From Octopus sinensis (Eukaryota), in NCBI RefSeq assembly GCF_006345805.1, contig NC_042998.1:84506001-84570000 (forward strand): 64,000 bases of DNA, read 5' to 3'. The notes beneath the pieces were generated by a model that did not search any database, was not told the origin of the DNA, and saw only the letters and a program-made list of their open reading frames with translations. Position 1 is the first letter of the stretch; each line of letters starts with the position of its first letter. This document shows positions 1 to 12,910 of this stretch, in pieces. The translations under genes and the position numbers were made by a program.

Positions 1-335
1 ACAATCCTCTGGAATGTTATATTTTGCTATAGTTTATAAAAGATAGAATACAACACAACAAAAGGCAAGTCAAATTCAATCACATATAATAGTACAGAAA
101 TATGACTACTTATTTGTTGGGTTTTTTTCTTTCTTTTTCTCTTCCTTCAGACTGGTAAGCTAAGAATCATTCTGTTTTTATTCTGCGAGTTTGTTGGAAA
201 AGAAAACATGATTGATATAAAAGGGAGCTTTGATATTTTGTAAATATGTCTAGAATGGTAACCAAATATCAACATCTCAATTGTGAGAGAAGTGAAAGAA
301 AAAACAGGAATTACTGAAGGGTCAGCCACAAGAGT

Positions 336-540
336 GGAGGCATGTGGCTTAGTGTTAGGGTACTAGACTATACTTGCAAGTTATACTTTCAATTCTTGTA
401 CCGGGTAATTTGTTTTGTTCTTGAGCAAAACACTTCATTTCATGTTGCTACAATTCCTTTAGCTAGCAAAAGTGAGTATTTCTGTGATGGACCAGAAACC
501 AGAAAACTGGTCCTATGAATCTATATGACTTGGAAAGGAG
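336..540 (+). mobile_element. degenerate tRNA-derived SINE fragment (family C)
   Basis: Head GGAGGCATGTGGCTTAGTGTTAG and body TTGAGCAAAACACTTCATTTCATGTTGCT resemble the copy at about 38170-38490. Confidence 0.55.
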
Positions 541-570
541 AAGGCTACAAGATAACTCTGCAAAAATATA

Positions 571-783
571 CTCTTTTACTTGTTTCAGTCATTTGAATGT
601 GGCCATGCTGGAGCACCGCCTTTAGTCAAGCACATCGACCCCAGGACTTATTCTTTGTAAGTCTAGTACTTATTCTATCGGTCTCTTTTGCCAAACTGCT
701 AAGTTACGGGGACGTAAACACCAGCATCGGTTGTCAAGCGATGTTGGGGGACGGGACAAACACAGGCACACAAACATATACAT

Positions 784-832
<49 letters not shown>

Positions 833-997
833 TATGACAGGCTTCTTTCAGTTTCCATCTACCAAATCCACTCACAAGGCTTTGGTTGGCCCAAGGTTAT
901 AGTAGAAACACTTGCCCAAGGTGCCACGCAGTGGGACTGAACCCGGAATCATGTAGTTTGTAAGCAAGGTACTTACCACACAGCCACTCCTACGCCT
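571..997 (-). mobile_element. tRNA-derived SINE family A, full length
   Basis: Minus-strand head with A-box-like TGGCTGTGTGG and B-box-like GGTTCAGTCCC, central (TA)/(TG) tract, 3' end ATGACTGAAACAAGTAAAAGAG; roughly 20 related copies in the window. Confidence 0.9.
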
Positions 998-1251
998 ATA
1001 TCTCAACCTTTAGTATCAATCTACATATTTCTTGGATGCTTTAGATATAGCCAGGTGTACAATTTACTGTTTTAGTGTTCTGAGATCATATTATTTTAGA
1101 GTCATCATTTTAATGCCCAGTTTTCCTGTTTGCATGGGTGGGATGGAATTTAATGCAGCAGATTTACTATAGTTGGAAGCCCATCCTGTCGCCAACCCTA
1201 ACCTGTTTCCAAGCAAGATTATGCTTAATATTCCTCAGAGTTTAAAACAAT

Positions 1252-1415
1252 AGGTGTGGGAGTGGCTGTGTGGTAAGTAGCTTGCTTACCAACCTAATGG
1301 TTCCAGGTTCAGTCCCACTGCATGGCACCTTGGGTGAGTGCCTTCTACTATAGCCTCAGGCTGACCAAAGGCTTGGGAGTGGATTTGGTAGATGGAAACT
1401 GAAAGAAGCCCGTCG
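1252..1415 (+). mobile_element. SINE family A, 5' half
   Basis: GAGTGGCTGTGTGGTAAGTAGCTTGCTTACC...GAAACTGAAAGAAGCCCGTCG matches the family; 3' half absent. Confidence 0.85.
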
Positions 1416-1684
<269 letters not shown>

Positions 1685-1926
1685 AAAATGAGGGAGTAGT
1701 ATATCAATTTCAAACCAGTGTTTTCATACAATCCAGGTGTTGCAATAATAAATTTGATACTGTAATATTCATTGGAGGGAGGGGCAAATCCACTAAATAT
1801 TATCAGAATATAAACTGTAGATGCTCAGTGTGAGTTTTATTAGAGTTAACATACATAATTTTTTTTTCCTTCCTAATTTCCAGAACTTCAGGTCAGTAAT
1901 AAATATGATGAATTAGTGCAGAAACC

Positions 1927-2074
1927 TCATCCAACAAGAGGCTTATGTAATCCATCTAGCTTAAAGTAAACCATTTCCTCTGCCAGTGACTGCACACACA
2001 GATCCATCTCTGATAACCATCTGATGTCTACAAGAGAGGAAATGGCTTGTGTAACAAAACCAAGTTGCCAGCAC
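1927..2074 (-). CDS. candidate terminal coding exon of an unidentified minus-strand gene (CWQLGFVTQAISSLVDIRWLSEMDLCVQSLAEEMVYFKLDGLHKPLVG*)
   Basis: Acceptor ccagatttcttttag|G, non-repetitive sequence, open frame to TGA; phase 2 fits the 12809-12910 exon. Confidence 0.55.
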
Positions 2075-2882
2075 CTAAAAGAAATCTGGCAAACAACCAA
2101 ACAATTCAAGTAGTTTGTTGTTATTGTTGTCTACCAACTTCACAGCTTTATCTAAAACAATTTTTTGAAGTCAAATCAAACCAGTACTTTATGGCTCTAC
2201 TTTGCAATAATAATGCTTTCCATCTGCACCAAAGTTACACAATAGCCGTTGACTTATCTCAACATATTTCCTATGATAAACCAAGGATTTTCAAGTCACT
2301 AATCAGAGTTACATAAATATTTTGATCAATCGTGTTTTCTTTTCCAACAAACTTGCAGAATAAAAACAGAACGGTTCTTAATTTACCAGCCTGAAGGAAG
2401 ATAATAAAAAAAGCCAAAAAAAGCTTAAAAAAATCATAAGTAGTAGTCAGATTTCTAACTGTAGGTACGCTTTCTACAGAATTGCTTGGAATGTTTAGAG
2501 AGAAAAGGCTGTTTCTTTATAACATTCTGTGCAGTACTCAAAGCCTTTTACAATCAAAACCTTCATATCAATTTCCTGTATGGCAAGCAATGTGTTTACA
2601 AACATTAACTATATCAAACTAATATGCCACCTTGATAATAATAATGGTTTCTAAATTAGGCACAAGGCCAACAGTTTTTTTCAGGAAAAGTAGTTTAGTT
2701 TATTAAATCAACCCCAGTACTTCAATGATACTTTATTTTATCAGCTTTGAAAGGATGAAAGGTGAAATCGATCTTGGTAGTATTTGAACTATTAGAGCTT
2801 CAGAAGAAATAAAGCAAGAGATTTTTTTCAGATGCTCATGATTCTGCCAGCTTGATTCCTTGACCTCAATAACAGTAATATT

Positions 2883-3252
2883 AACAAGATCACTCAGAGT
2901 GCAAACCTCTGCCAAGGTAACACCAACGTCCTCTCAACGATTAGCTGGAGATGATTTTTAAAATGAGATTATCTGAAATAAATTCGACTGCTCTCACAAA
3001 CAAGAATACCAAATATGAACCCAACCACTCTCAAAAATTAAGTAAAAAAAAAAAAACAAACAGAAAATTAATCCAGAATCCTTGTTTGGTACCAGTTCGA
3101 TCCCAAAATCTAATCAGTTTGTGCCAGTCACGAGGCCAAACATCCCTGAAAGTTTTATCTGAATTCATCAAGCGGTTCTTGAGATATCTTGTCCACGAAC
3201 AAACAAACATGACTGAAAACAATACCTCCACCTTCGTTAAGGTAGAAGTAAT
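2883..3252 (+). mobile_element. probable non-autonomous Helentron/HINE-like element
   Basis: Starts AACAAG with subterminal AACCTCTGCCAAGG; ends with hairpin CTCCACCTTCGTTAAGGTAGAAG then TAATAAT. Class assigned by recalled architecture only. Confidence 0.45.
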
Positions 3253-3269
3253 AATAATGATGGTAATAA

Positions 3270-3490
3270 TAATTATTTCTACTCAAAGTAAAGCCTTGAG
3301 AACTTTTGGGGAAGGGGACTAGTCAATTATATCCATCCCAGTGTGTAACTGGTACTTATTTCATCAACCCCAAAAGGATGAAAGGCAAAGTCAACCTCGG
3401 CAGAATTTGAACTGAGAATGTAGTGGCAGACAAAATACTGCTAAGCATTTCACCCAGAATACTAACGATTCTGCCAGCTCACCACCTTAT
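3270..3490 (-). mobile_element. tRNA-derived SINE family B
   Basis: Minus-strand GGTGAGCTGGCAGAATCGTTAG...GTTCAAATTCTGCCGAGGTTGACTTTGCCTTTCATCCTTT; related copies at about 2640, 5720, 5935, 27190, 27530, 34045 and 63520. Confidence 0.85.
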
Positions 3491-3502
3491 TGTAATCGTA
3501 AT

Positions 3503-3685
3503 AATATATAGCATACAGAAAATAACGCTACTGGGCACCGCACACATCCTACATAAAACACTTTCAATACAACGAAAATAAGAACATCACAACAAACCAC
3601 AGCACATACCCAAGGCACACACAGCTGTGCTTGGTAATGCCACGACAGCACATGATAAAAATAAGACTATTGAATAATAATAATA
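3503..3685 (+). mobile_element. 3' end of an R4/Dong-type (REL endonuclease) non-LTR retrotransposon
   Basis: Translates IYSIQKITLLGTAHILHKTLSIQ, like the QKxxLLGTAHILR C-terminus of R4/Dong ORFs; followed by a short UTR and a (TAA)n tail. Confidence 0.6.
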
Positions 3686-4126
3686 GATTTATGAATAGTA
3701 GGGTTGCATGGCCATTGATTAGCCAAAGACTGCAGAGGAGACAACCATTTTATATGGATATAATGGAGGATGAGTGTTAGTGATAAAATGTTGTGTGCTG
3801 ACTATGGAAGATGTCTTTGGTAAAGGTAGAAAAAATGCTAGATGAGTACTGATATATTGCATCTTAGACTTAATTTAAATAGGGAAAAATAGATATCAAA
3901 ATGATGAGGAGGAGGAGCCAATAAAAATGATCTGTGTGTATGCACATGCATGCACCTGTCAGTTATCATTTTCCACTTTTCATGCTGGCATGCATTGCAT
4001 GAGTCATCACACTGAATCATCTGTCAGAGAGGACATGGTCTGACATGGAATAAACAAAAATTTATATAAGACATTCTATTGTAAAAATTGCCTGGCAACA
4101 ATGGGCTATTCAGCTAGAATTTATAT

Positions 4127-4159
<33 letters not shown>

Positions 4160-4353
4160 TGTCTCCCCACTACTTAACAACTAGTGTTGGTTTGTTTATG
4201 TCCCTGTAATTTTGCAATTCGGCATATATAAAAAGACTGATAGAATAAGTACTAGACTTAAGTACTGTGTCAGTTTGTTTGACTAACCCTATAAGGCAGA
4301 GGCCGAGCATAGCTGCAACAACAAGTAACAAGTATATTGTGTATAAAGTATAC

Positions 4354-4752
4354 AGGCACAGGCATGGCTGTGTGGTAAGAAGTTTGCTTCCCAACCACAT
4401 AATCTTGGGTTCAGTCCCACTGCATGGTACCTTGGGCAAGTGCCTTCAACTATAGGCCTTGTGAGTGGATTTGGTAGATGGAAACTGAAGGAAGTGTATG
4501 TGTGTGTGTGTGTGTATGCAAATGTGTGTATATTAATGTGTCTTTGTATCTGTGTTTGTCTCCCACCACCACTTGACAACTAGTGTTGGTGTGTTTATGT
4601 CTGCACAACGTAGCAATTTGGCAAAACAGACCAATAGAATAAGTATCAGGCTTAAAAACTTAAGTGCTGATGTTGATTCATTTGGTTAAAATTCAAGGTG
4701 GTACCCCAGCATGGCCACAGTCTAATGACTGAAACACGTAAAAGATAAAAGA
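4354..4752 (+). mobile_element. SINE family A, full length
   Basis: Same head, (TG)n centre and GACTGAAAC..TAAAAGA tail. Confidence 0.85.
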
Positions 4753-5248
4753 TACTAATTGATTAAAGTACTGGCACAATGATTGACTACACACTTATAG
4801 CTTCAAACTTTTATCAGACATTCTACAGTACCTATCTACAAGATAACCATACGTTAACTCTACTCCAGCTAACATGATTGGATGTTTAACATTAGAAATG
4901 AAACTGGTTCCAATGGTTTTTGTCTAAATTTATGAAAGCCATCTCACTCACGCTGCTATGGAATGTAAAACCAAGAAGAAAAAATAAAATTACATTCCTG
5001 AGAGTAATTAATGGTCCTTCCATTCTGAGGTATGTGGCTGTGTGAAAATTCTTTACTTGCTATATTTTTCCACAGTAAATTCAGCAATACTTGACATTTA
5101 TCTGACCCAAGAGATACTCACCCTCATAAAGGTATTTAAATTTAGAACAATAAAAAAAAAAAAAAAAAAAAAAAGATGTTGCTGGAACAACCAATATGGA
5201 AGAAAGAATTTTCTGAGATCAAATTGATTAATGGTTTATATAAACGTT

Positions 5249-5623
5249 TTCCTTTTATTTGTCTGTCATTTGACTGTGGTCATGCTGGAGTGCTGCCTTT
5301 AGTTGAGCAAATCGACCCCAGGACTTATTCTTTGTAAGCCTAGTACTTATTCTATTGGTCTCTTTTGCCGAATCACTAAGTCATGAGGACAAAAACACAC
5401 CAGTATTAGTTGTCAAGCAATGTTGGGGGGACAAACACAGATACACACACACATATATATATCTATACACACGGCAGGCTTCTTTCAGTTTCCATCTACC
5501 AAATCCACTCACAAGGGTTTGGTCAGCCCGAGGCTATAGTAGAAGACACTTGCCCAATGTGTCATGCAGTGGGACTGAAACTAGAACCATGTGCTTGGTA
5601 TGTAAGCTACTTACCACACAGCC
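5249..5623 (-). mobile_element. SINE family A
   Basis: Collinear with 571-997. Confidence 0.85.
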
Positions 5624-6156
5624 TTGAATATATATCATCTCTATTGTGGACATCGTTTTAAATATTTACATGTTTAGTACATAGCAGAAGTATTAAAGCT
5701 GCAAAGGTACTGCATAATGATTCTTTTTGATTTTGACAATGCCAAAAATTCTGATGGGAGGGGGGCAAGTAATTACATCAATTCTAATACTTGACTGGTA
5801 CTTTATTTTATGAACCCCAGAAAGAATGAAAGACAAAATTGACCTTGGTGGGAATTGAGCTCAGAAAGTGAAGAACTAAAAGAAATGCCACCAAGCATTT
5901 TCTCTGGTGCACTAATAATTCTACCAAGCTCACCATTATGGCAGAATCATTAGCACTTTAGGCAAAATAATTAGAGCAATTTGTCTGTCTTTACAGTCCG
6001 AGTTCAAATCCTGCTGAATTCAACTTTGCCTTTCATCCTTTCGGAGTTAATAAAACAAGTACCAGAAGGACACCAGGATCAATATAATAAACTTACCAGC
6101 TTCCCTGAAATTACTGACCTTGCCCCAAAATTTGAAACCATTATTATTATTTCTAG

Positions 6157-6380
6157 AGGTGGTGGGCTGGCAGAATCGTTAGCAGACTGGACAAAATGCT
6201 TAGTGGTATTTCTCCCATTGCTACATTCTGAGTTCAAATTCCACTGAGGTCAACTTTACCTTTCATCCTTTCAAGGTTGATTAAATAAGTACCCGTTACA
6301 AAATGGGTTGATGTGATCGACTTAATCCCTTCCCCCAAATTTCAGGCCTTGTGCCTACAGTAGAAAGTATTATTATTATT
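6157..6380 (+). mobile_element. SINE family B, full length
   Basis: GGTGGTGGGCTGGCAGAATCGTTAGC...GAGTTCAAATTCC...GGCCTTGTGCCTACAGTAGAAAG plus (TAT)n tail. Confidence 0.85.
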
Positions 6381-7672
6381 TCTAACTTTGTTACAATGCA
6401 GCACACTTTCATGAAGACAATAGTCATTTAGATCAACATATTTTATCAACTTGAAGAATGAAACCAATTTCATCATTTTCCATCGAAATTTTGCATATTA
6501 GGGTGGTAATGAACTATATCTTGAGACGCTATTGCCAACATTTAAAGTCAAAGCACTAAGGGAGAATGTTACCTTTCATCATATTTAAACATTTTGTGAC
6601 CATATTTTTAATACAAACACATTCTGGGTGTGTTTTAATTTTCAAAATAATCAAGAATTGTAAAAGTGTGAAAAAGTTAATAGACTTTAGACAACTGTTT
6701 AGATATTGAAGTTATATATTATCTTTTTCATTTTATCAGTCCAAGATTTGGATTTAAATTTCACTACTTTACTTGGGGCAGTTTCAGGCAGGTAGATGTT
6801 GAATGGGTTAAATAGTTGGCCACTTCAGTATATCTTGTCTGAGGGTTATTTTATTACAAGTTAAAAGAGCAAAAAAAAAAAAAGAAGTAGTCTGCCTATC
6901 TTTCTACCCTCTTGTTAAAATGTTAATTCAAGATGCAGTCAAAGAACTTATTGTAAAAGCAAGATAATTGTTTGCCATATTTTTTTTACAGCCTGGGTAG
7001 TGATATTCAGTTGGGAGAGAGAGGAAAAAAAAACCTGTGCTTATGTTAATGTAATTTTTACTTTAATCTTTCTGTTTTGTAATGCAACAGTAATTTCTAA
7101 CTTGGCACAGGACCACAAATTTGTAGGGCATGTGTAGAAATGATTGACTTGTCTCTAAGAAAATGATTGGTTATACTTTATTACCACTAACAGGAACAGG
7201 ACTCTACAATTACAGTTTACAAACTGGATAATAAAACATTCACTATAACAGTCTGTGTCTGAACTTTCATTAATAAAGACAATTAACAAAATATTTAAAA
7301 AGCAGAAATTACAATAATATTGAACAATGGCTATGTAGCTGTTTAATACTGTCACATAGTTTACCAAATACAATTTGGTCAGTTCTCCACTCTTAATATC
7401 ATTGTTTTCATTTTAATATACTTTTTCATACATGCATGGATCAGAAAGGATTCACTGAAGCAAAGAGTTGCAGGCTAGGGGCTGGAGTATGTCTGAGCAC
7501 CTTTAAGACAACCAATCAGATGATTCTTTTCTGTATGCAGTCTGGGAAGTTTATGTAGATTTGAACATAAAACACAAGAGATGGCAGTCCAGTATATCAT
7601 CCATTGCTATTTCACCTTTATATTGTATATATTTCGATGTTTAGGCTATTGTAGTGCTCTATTTTTTTATGT

Positions 7673-9567
7673 TTAACCTTTTTGTTATCATATAACCCAT
7701 GCCAGCATGGAAGGCAGACATTTACTGATGATGATTTACACTGAAATATACTGCCTTTGTTTCTACAAATTAAAATGATAGTGTATCTCTTATTATAAAA
7801 GGCAGATTTTATCTGCCTCCCTTTGTAACTTATAGAAATCTACAATATAGGATTTCTTCAATTACAATTTACCTAACATTTTTAAGAGTAGAATGCATCG
7901 GGTCATGCCAGGTCCAGTTTTTAAAATTTAAACTCCAATTAAGCAAAATTTACAGAAAACTCACATTCTGGTGTGTATGTCAAATGCTTTTCTTAATGTG
8001 GTTTACACCACACGCACACACACAGTGTGCAACGAATAAAATGAAAGTAAATAGCGACAGAGTGATTTGAGGAAGACTAAACTGAAAGTATTTAAACCAC
8101 TACTCAAAAAATAAAAAAACACAGCAAACAGAAACAAATAAATACATAACGATTTACTCCTCACACAATTTCTTCAATTAGAGTGTACCCATGATTTTTC
8201 AGAGTACTTCAGTGGGTGATGCCATAAAAAATTTCTTTCAATTTTACCACCAATTAAGACAAAATTCGAGAAAACTCAATATTTTAACATATCACTCCGA
8301 AAGCATTGATGTACATGTGTGCGTGCGTGAGTGTGTGTGTGTCATTCCTCACACACACGCATACACATACATATATGAGAGTGGCAAACACAAACGTTTC
8401 AAACAACTACATACAAACACGTGTGTGTTTGTTATTAGTAAAAAGGCGCCAAAACACAACTCACTTATCATTCCAACACATTTGCAAAGACACACGGACG
8501 GTGGAATTGCTATAACAATACAGAAAAGGTAAATTGGTTTTTATTTTACTCTGTATATATTTTATTATATAATATTATATATAGATATATGTATATATAA
8601 TTGCAGTATGAAACAGTGTTTATGTATAAACAGACGACACTTATATATAGTTATTATAATAAGAGATTAATAAATGTATGCATCCGTTTAACCCTTTCGT
8701 TAACAAACCGCCCGAATTTACCTATTCATATTTAAATGAGAATATCAGAGCAAATCTCTTTAGTACATTCGTGAAAACACGTATTATACTTCGTAAAGAC
8801 TTCAACTACAGTTTTGTACAAAAATCGAAGTGTAATTTTAATTCCGTGAATTATGGGAGATTTTTTTCCGAAATTTGTTCCTATTGTGTTTTCAAAATTT
8901 GTAATTCTGACAAAAAATGGATATGAATTTCATTATATCATGCAGCGAGTCAGAATTCGAAGGATTTTCTACTGAAGACCTTCATAAATCTAACTCTATG
9001 ACTGAAAAAAAAAAGCATCTTTATATAAGAGTGAAGTTGTGTGTCTGTCTCCTACGATTTAGATTCCTAACTACTCCCACATTTTGCGGTGCAGTTTAAC
9101 CAAAAGCGGGTATCTTATAGTCGTGATTCATATCGAGCCCTTCTGGGTATTAGCGCGCATCTACGATGAGTCTACGATTTAAAAAAAATTTACCATCATA
9201 TTTTTCCATTTTAATGCATTTTTTTCGCTTTTATATAAGGGAAGTAACTCTCTAAAAATATCTACGATGTGTCAACGATTTAAAAAAAAATTTACCTTAA
9301 TTTTTTTTCAATTTTTAATGCATTTTTTTGCTATTTTTTGGCTATAACTCTCTAAAAATGCTTATATAGTTATTTCCCTTACAACCCGAGCAATGCCGGG
9401 CGATACTGCTAGTTCTTAATAAAAATAACTCATTATTAAGCTGGTGTTTGGAGTGTAAATTAACATAAAATTTTAAAGGAAAGTCTTAATTTTAATCACT
9501 TTAAAACATGGTATTTGTATTACAGAATCAAGGGTAGTTTCAGGTGGATTAATATCTGAAGGGTTAA
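7673..9567. mobile_element. piggyBac-like MITE split by an RTE-tail fragment and a Helitron
   Basis: Left end TTAACCTTTTTG, right end GAAGGGTTAA; the pieces flanking the inserts resemble the copies at 36654-37488 and 52787-53015. Confidence 0.6.
7786..9412 (+). mobile_element. non-autonomous composite Helitron
   Basis: A|TC 5' end (TCTCTTATTATAAAAG), subterminal hairpin CCCGAGCAATGCCGGG, CTAG|T 3' end, no TSD; second Helitron-like 5' end TCTTTATATAAGAG at 9018. Confidence 0.75.
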
Positions 9568-10309
9568 TCTACTGCTTTATCTATTACCAAACTGATTATA
9601 ACAATAGACCACCCAAGATAACATTCCTTCAGTGATGAATGATTGGTAATATTAGAAAAGTTCATGCTTGTATGAAATTTTTGCCTACATCTCATATTTA
9701 TTCTGTCAAGTATTATAAAATAAAACAATGTTTGCAGGTGTTTACAAAAGAACAGTTTGGAATGGAATTCTATTTTGAATTCAGAGTAACAAGAATAATA
9801 ACTAGTGTTATTAAAATATAAAACAGTAGTATTAAAAAAAAAGTACATTTCCTAAACAGTTGTAGAAATTATGTTAGGCCTGATAGATAACATGATACAG
9901 AAATAAGATGCTCAGTGTGGTATATGTCTTGTAAGACTATTCCAAATATGTCAGTGAAAGGCGAGCGCTAAAGTGGTGATGATGATGATGATAATCAGAG
10001 GTATGCCATGTTAATAAACTAGCATGTCTGTTGTGTCTCTGTTCAACAATACCTGTGGGTATTTCTCTCTTCCCTGAAGCAGATATATACAGCAACATAT
10101 GTGAAAAAAAAAAAAAAAACAGCTGATGCTGATAGATATCAGCTCTCTTATCAAAATGTTTATCCTTTCATAAAAAGGAACCTGACTCAAGTTTGTAGGA
10201 AAGATTCACAAAAAATTCCAACTATAGTTTTTTTCTTCCTTGTTTAGTTTTGATTAAAAAATTTCCAAAAAAATTTATTGAGCAAAGAGTATGAAGAATA
10301 ACAAATCTA

Positions 10310-10530
10310 ATAATAATCCTTTGTTATAGTAACAAGGCCTGAAATTTGGTGGGAGGGAACTAATTGATTACATCAACACTAGTACTTGATTGGTATTTAT
10401 TTCATCAACCCGCAAAAGGGCAAAAGGCAAAGTTAATTTCAGCAGAATTTGAACTCAGAATGTAAGAGGGACAAAATGGCACTAAACATTTTGTTAGGCA
10501 TGCTAATGAATCTGCCAGCTGACTACCTTC
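10310..10530 (-). mobile_element. SINE family B
   Basis: Collinear with the reverse complement of 6157-6380. Confidence 0.8.
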
Positions 10531-11112
10531 ACAAATATAATGATAATGAGCTTATTGCATACAGTGATTAGGTACACTACAATCCACTGGAAAAGGATAA
10601 AAAGAGAAGGATAGATGTTAAAAAGTCAAGTAAAGGAAGACAGCAATGAATAAGCAAAAGTTCATTACATAGTACACAAGGTAAAGCACATAAAGACAGA
10701 AAAGTGAGCAGTAAAAGAGCCATAAAAAATAGCCACAAGTTTGTTGTAAAAATTTATAATAAAAATTACAATCACTTTCATTACATTCTCTTAACTTAAG
10801 GAAATTAACAAAGTTATCTTAAAAACAAAACAATAATTACATAATGGAGGAACCAGTCTAATTAGAAACACATAAAACTTGTTTTCTTCATTTTCAACTC
10901 ATTTCTTAATAGTACAATGTATCATAAAATAATAAAATGTTTCAGTGCAGTTCTGTGACCAGGTCACTGACTTATTCACAATATCCATTCATGAGTAGTG
11001 AACTGATGAAACTAGAACAACAAAGTTTGAAGAGTTTAAAATAGTAGGAAATTAAAATTGGGCAGTATATAAGGAAAAATGTAAGTGAAAATCGGTGACA
11101 TGTTAGTTATGG

Positions 11113-11468
11113 AGATGCAGGTATGGATGGCGTGGTTAAGTAATTTACTTCATAACTACATGGTTTAGGATTCAGTTCCACTGTGTGGTACCTTGGGCAT
11201 GTTCTTCCACTATATCCCCAGACTTAGCAAAGCCTTGTGAGTGGACTTGGTACTGAAAGAAACCCATGTGTGTATGTGTCTCTCTCTTTCTGCTTGCCTT
11301 GATGTTGCAAATAAGTGTAATTTCAAATATTCAGCAAAATCATATCTGACAATGAGGAACTATTACCATCCTTAGAAGCAGTTTAGGGTTGGTGACAGGA
11401 AGGGCACCGAGTCACAATAAACTCCACCTGACTCATGCAAGCAGAGAAAAGTGGACATTAAAATGATA
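11113..11468 (+). mobile_element. SINE family A head with an alternative RTE-like 3' tail (old subfamily)
   Basis: Family A head followed by GGTTGGTGACAGGAAGGGCA...CATGCAAGCAGAGAAAAGTGGACATTAAAATGAT; similar copies at about 46835 and 49540. Confidence 0.65.
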
Positions 11469-12808
11469 TCAAAATCATCAATATTTGCTGAATTTTTCCA
11501 CTGAAAGCAATACATACTTCATATTTTGTTTACCCAAATATCTAAGAACAAAGTTTCTTGTATTTTTCTATTGATGAAAACAAAAATGGTCTGTATTTTA
11601 ATGGAAGAGAAAATGGCAAATTGCAAAGTTAATGTCTTTCTCAGGGAGGATTAACAGTGAAGTTATATTTCTTCATACAAAAAAATCAAAACCCCACAGT
11701 AATATTGGTTCACTATGAAATGATCCCTTGTTCTATGGTACTTGACATTTACACAAACAACATCCATGTCATAGCTTAGTTTCAATTCAGCTCTGATCAA
11801 GTAGACTAATAACCAAGACATTTCAGCTGTGACTATCCTGTCTTTTATTCAGTCTTAATAAACAATATTGATTTGTTTACATTGCTACATGGCCTCAAAG
11901 TGGATGGATAAAATCAGTTGAATTGTTTGTCAGCTATTTGATTTAATCATTTCTAAAGAGATTACAAAGACAGCCTTGGAGAGGATTTAAACTCAGAATA
12001 TAGAATGGAACTAAATACTTTAAAGTATTTTGTCCAGTTTGCCTCACACCTGCCAATCCTGCCACCCCCATCTCCTGATCTAGGTATCTGACCTTGTGTC
12101 ATTTACATTTATAACCACTCAACTCATTACCCCCTCCTCCTTTCAACCAATATTGTACCCCACCCACTCACCCACCTGTTCCTTGACCTTGAATTAACCA
12201 CTATGTTTAATCCTTCCCCAGAATGTCATTTATCTGAAATGCCATCTTTCAACCTTATCAATTATCAATTTCTTTGGCTAAACCCTTCAAGATACTGCCC
12301 CAGTATGGCCATAGTCCATTAACTGAAACAAGGAAAAGAAGAATGAAAAAAATCTTATCTGCTGAACCTGATTGTGATGATGCAATCCTGCACAATATTA
12401 CTAAATGTTTTTATTTAGTCAACCATGCTTAACTAAGTGCTAATGATTAAAGGTGTCTCAGCTGTATCTATCTTCGTAGGCCCCTGGATGGGTGCTGCAA
12501 AGGCCATGAAAGGTACTCAGCAAAAAACTCAGATTTTTTTTTAGAAGAAAAATAAAGTCTATACCATACATGACAATACAATACTACAATGCATGCATTT
12601 TGTACCTGCAAACATTACATGCATGCATACAGCACAAAGGACAAGGATATTAAATAACTAAATAAGAGATCTTATACAAAATGCTAGCTTTGTAGTGTTG
12701 ATAAGTACACTATCATGTGGAAGAGCAGTGTTCTAAAGCTGTCAAGCAATTGTGGTATGTGGAAGATATATTTTAACACATACATAAATGCATATATATT
12801 ATCTATAC

Positions 12809-12910
12809 CTGACTAAAATTGCTATAAATCTTATCAAAATGTATATATAATTCCTTTGTTCAATCTGCCTAATCAGTTTAGCAAACCATTTCATCCGAAA
12901 TGTGTTGGAG
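12809..12910 (-). CDS. candidate internal exon (SNTFRMKWFAKLIRQIEQRNYIYILIRFIAILVR)
   Basis: caattgttttag|...CAG|gtatag, 102 nt, phase 2-2, open and in frame with the terminal exon. Confidence 0.5.

Noticed and set aside
597-940. ORFs recurring across the window (e.g. TGFFQFPSTKSTHKAL, LSVSIYQIHSQGFG)
   Set aside because: Translations of SINE family A, not genes
12565-12605. Alternative 41-nt phase 0-2 exon (VQNACIVVLYCHV)
   Set aside because: Hits a stop if spliced after the better 12809-12910 exon; short enough to be chance
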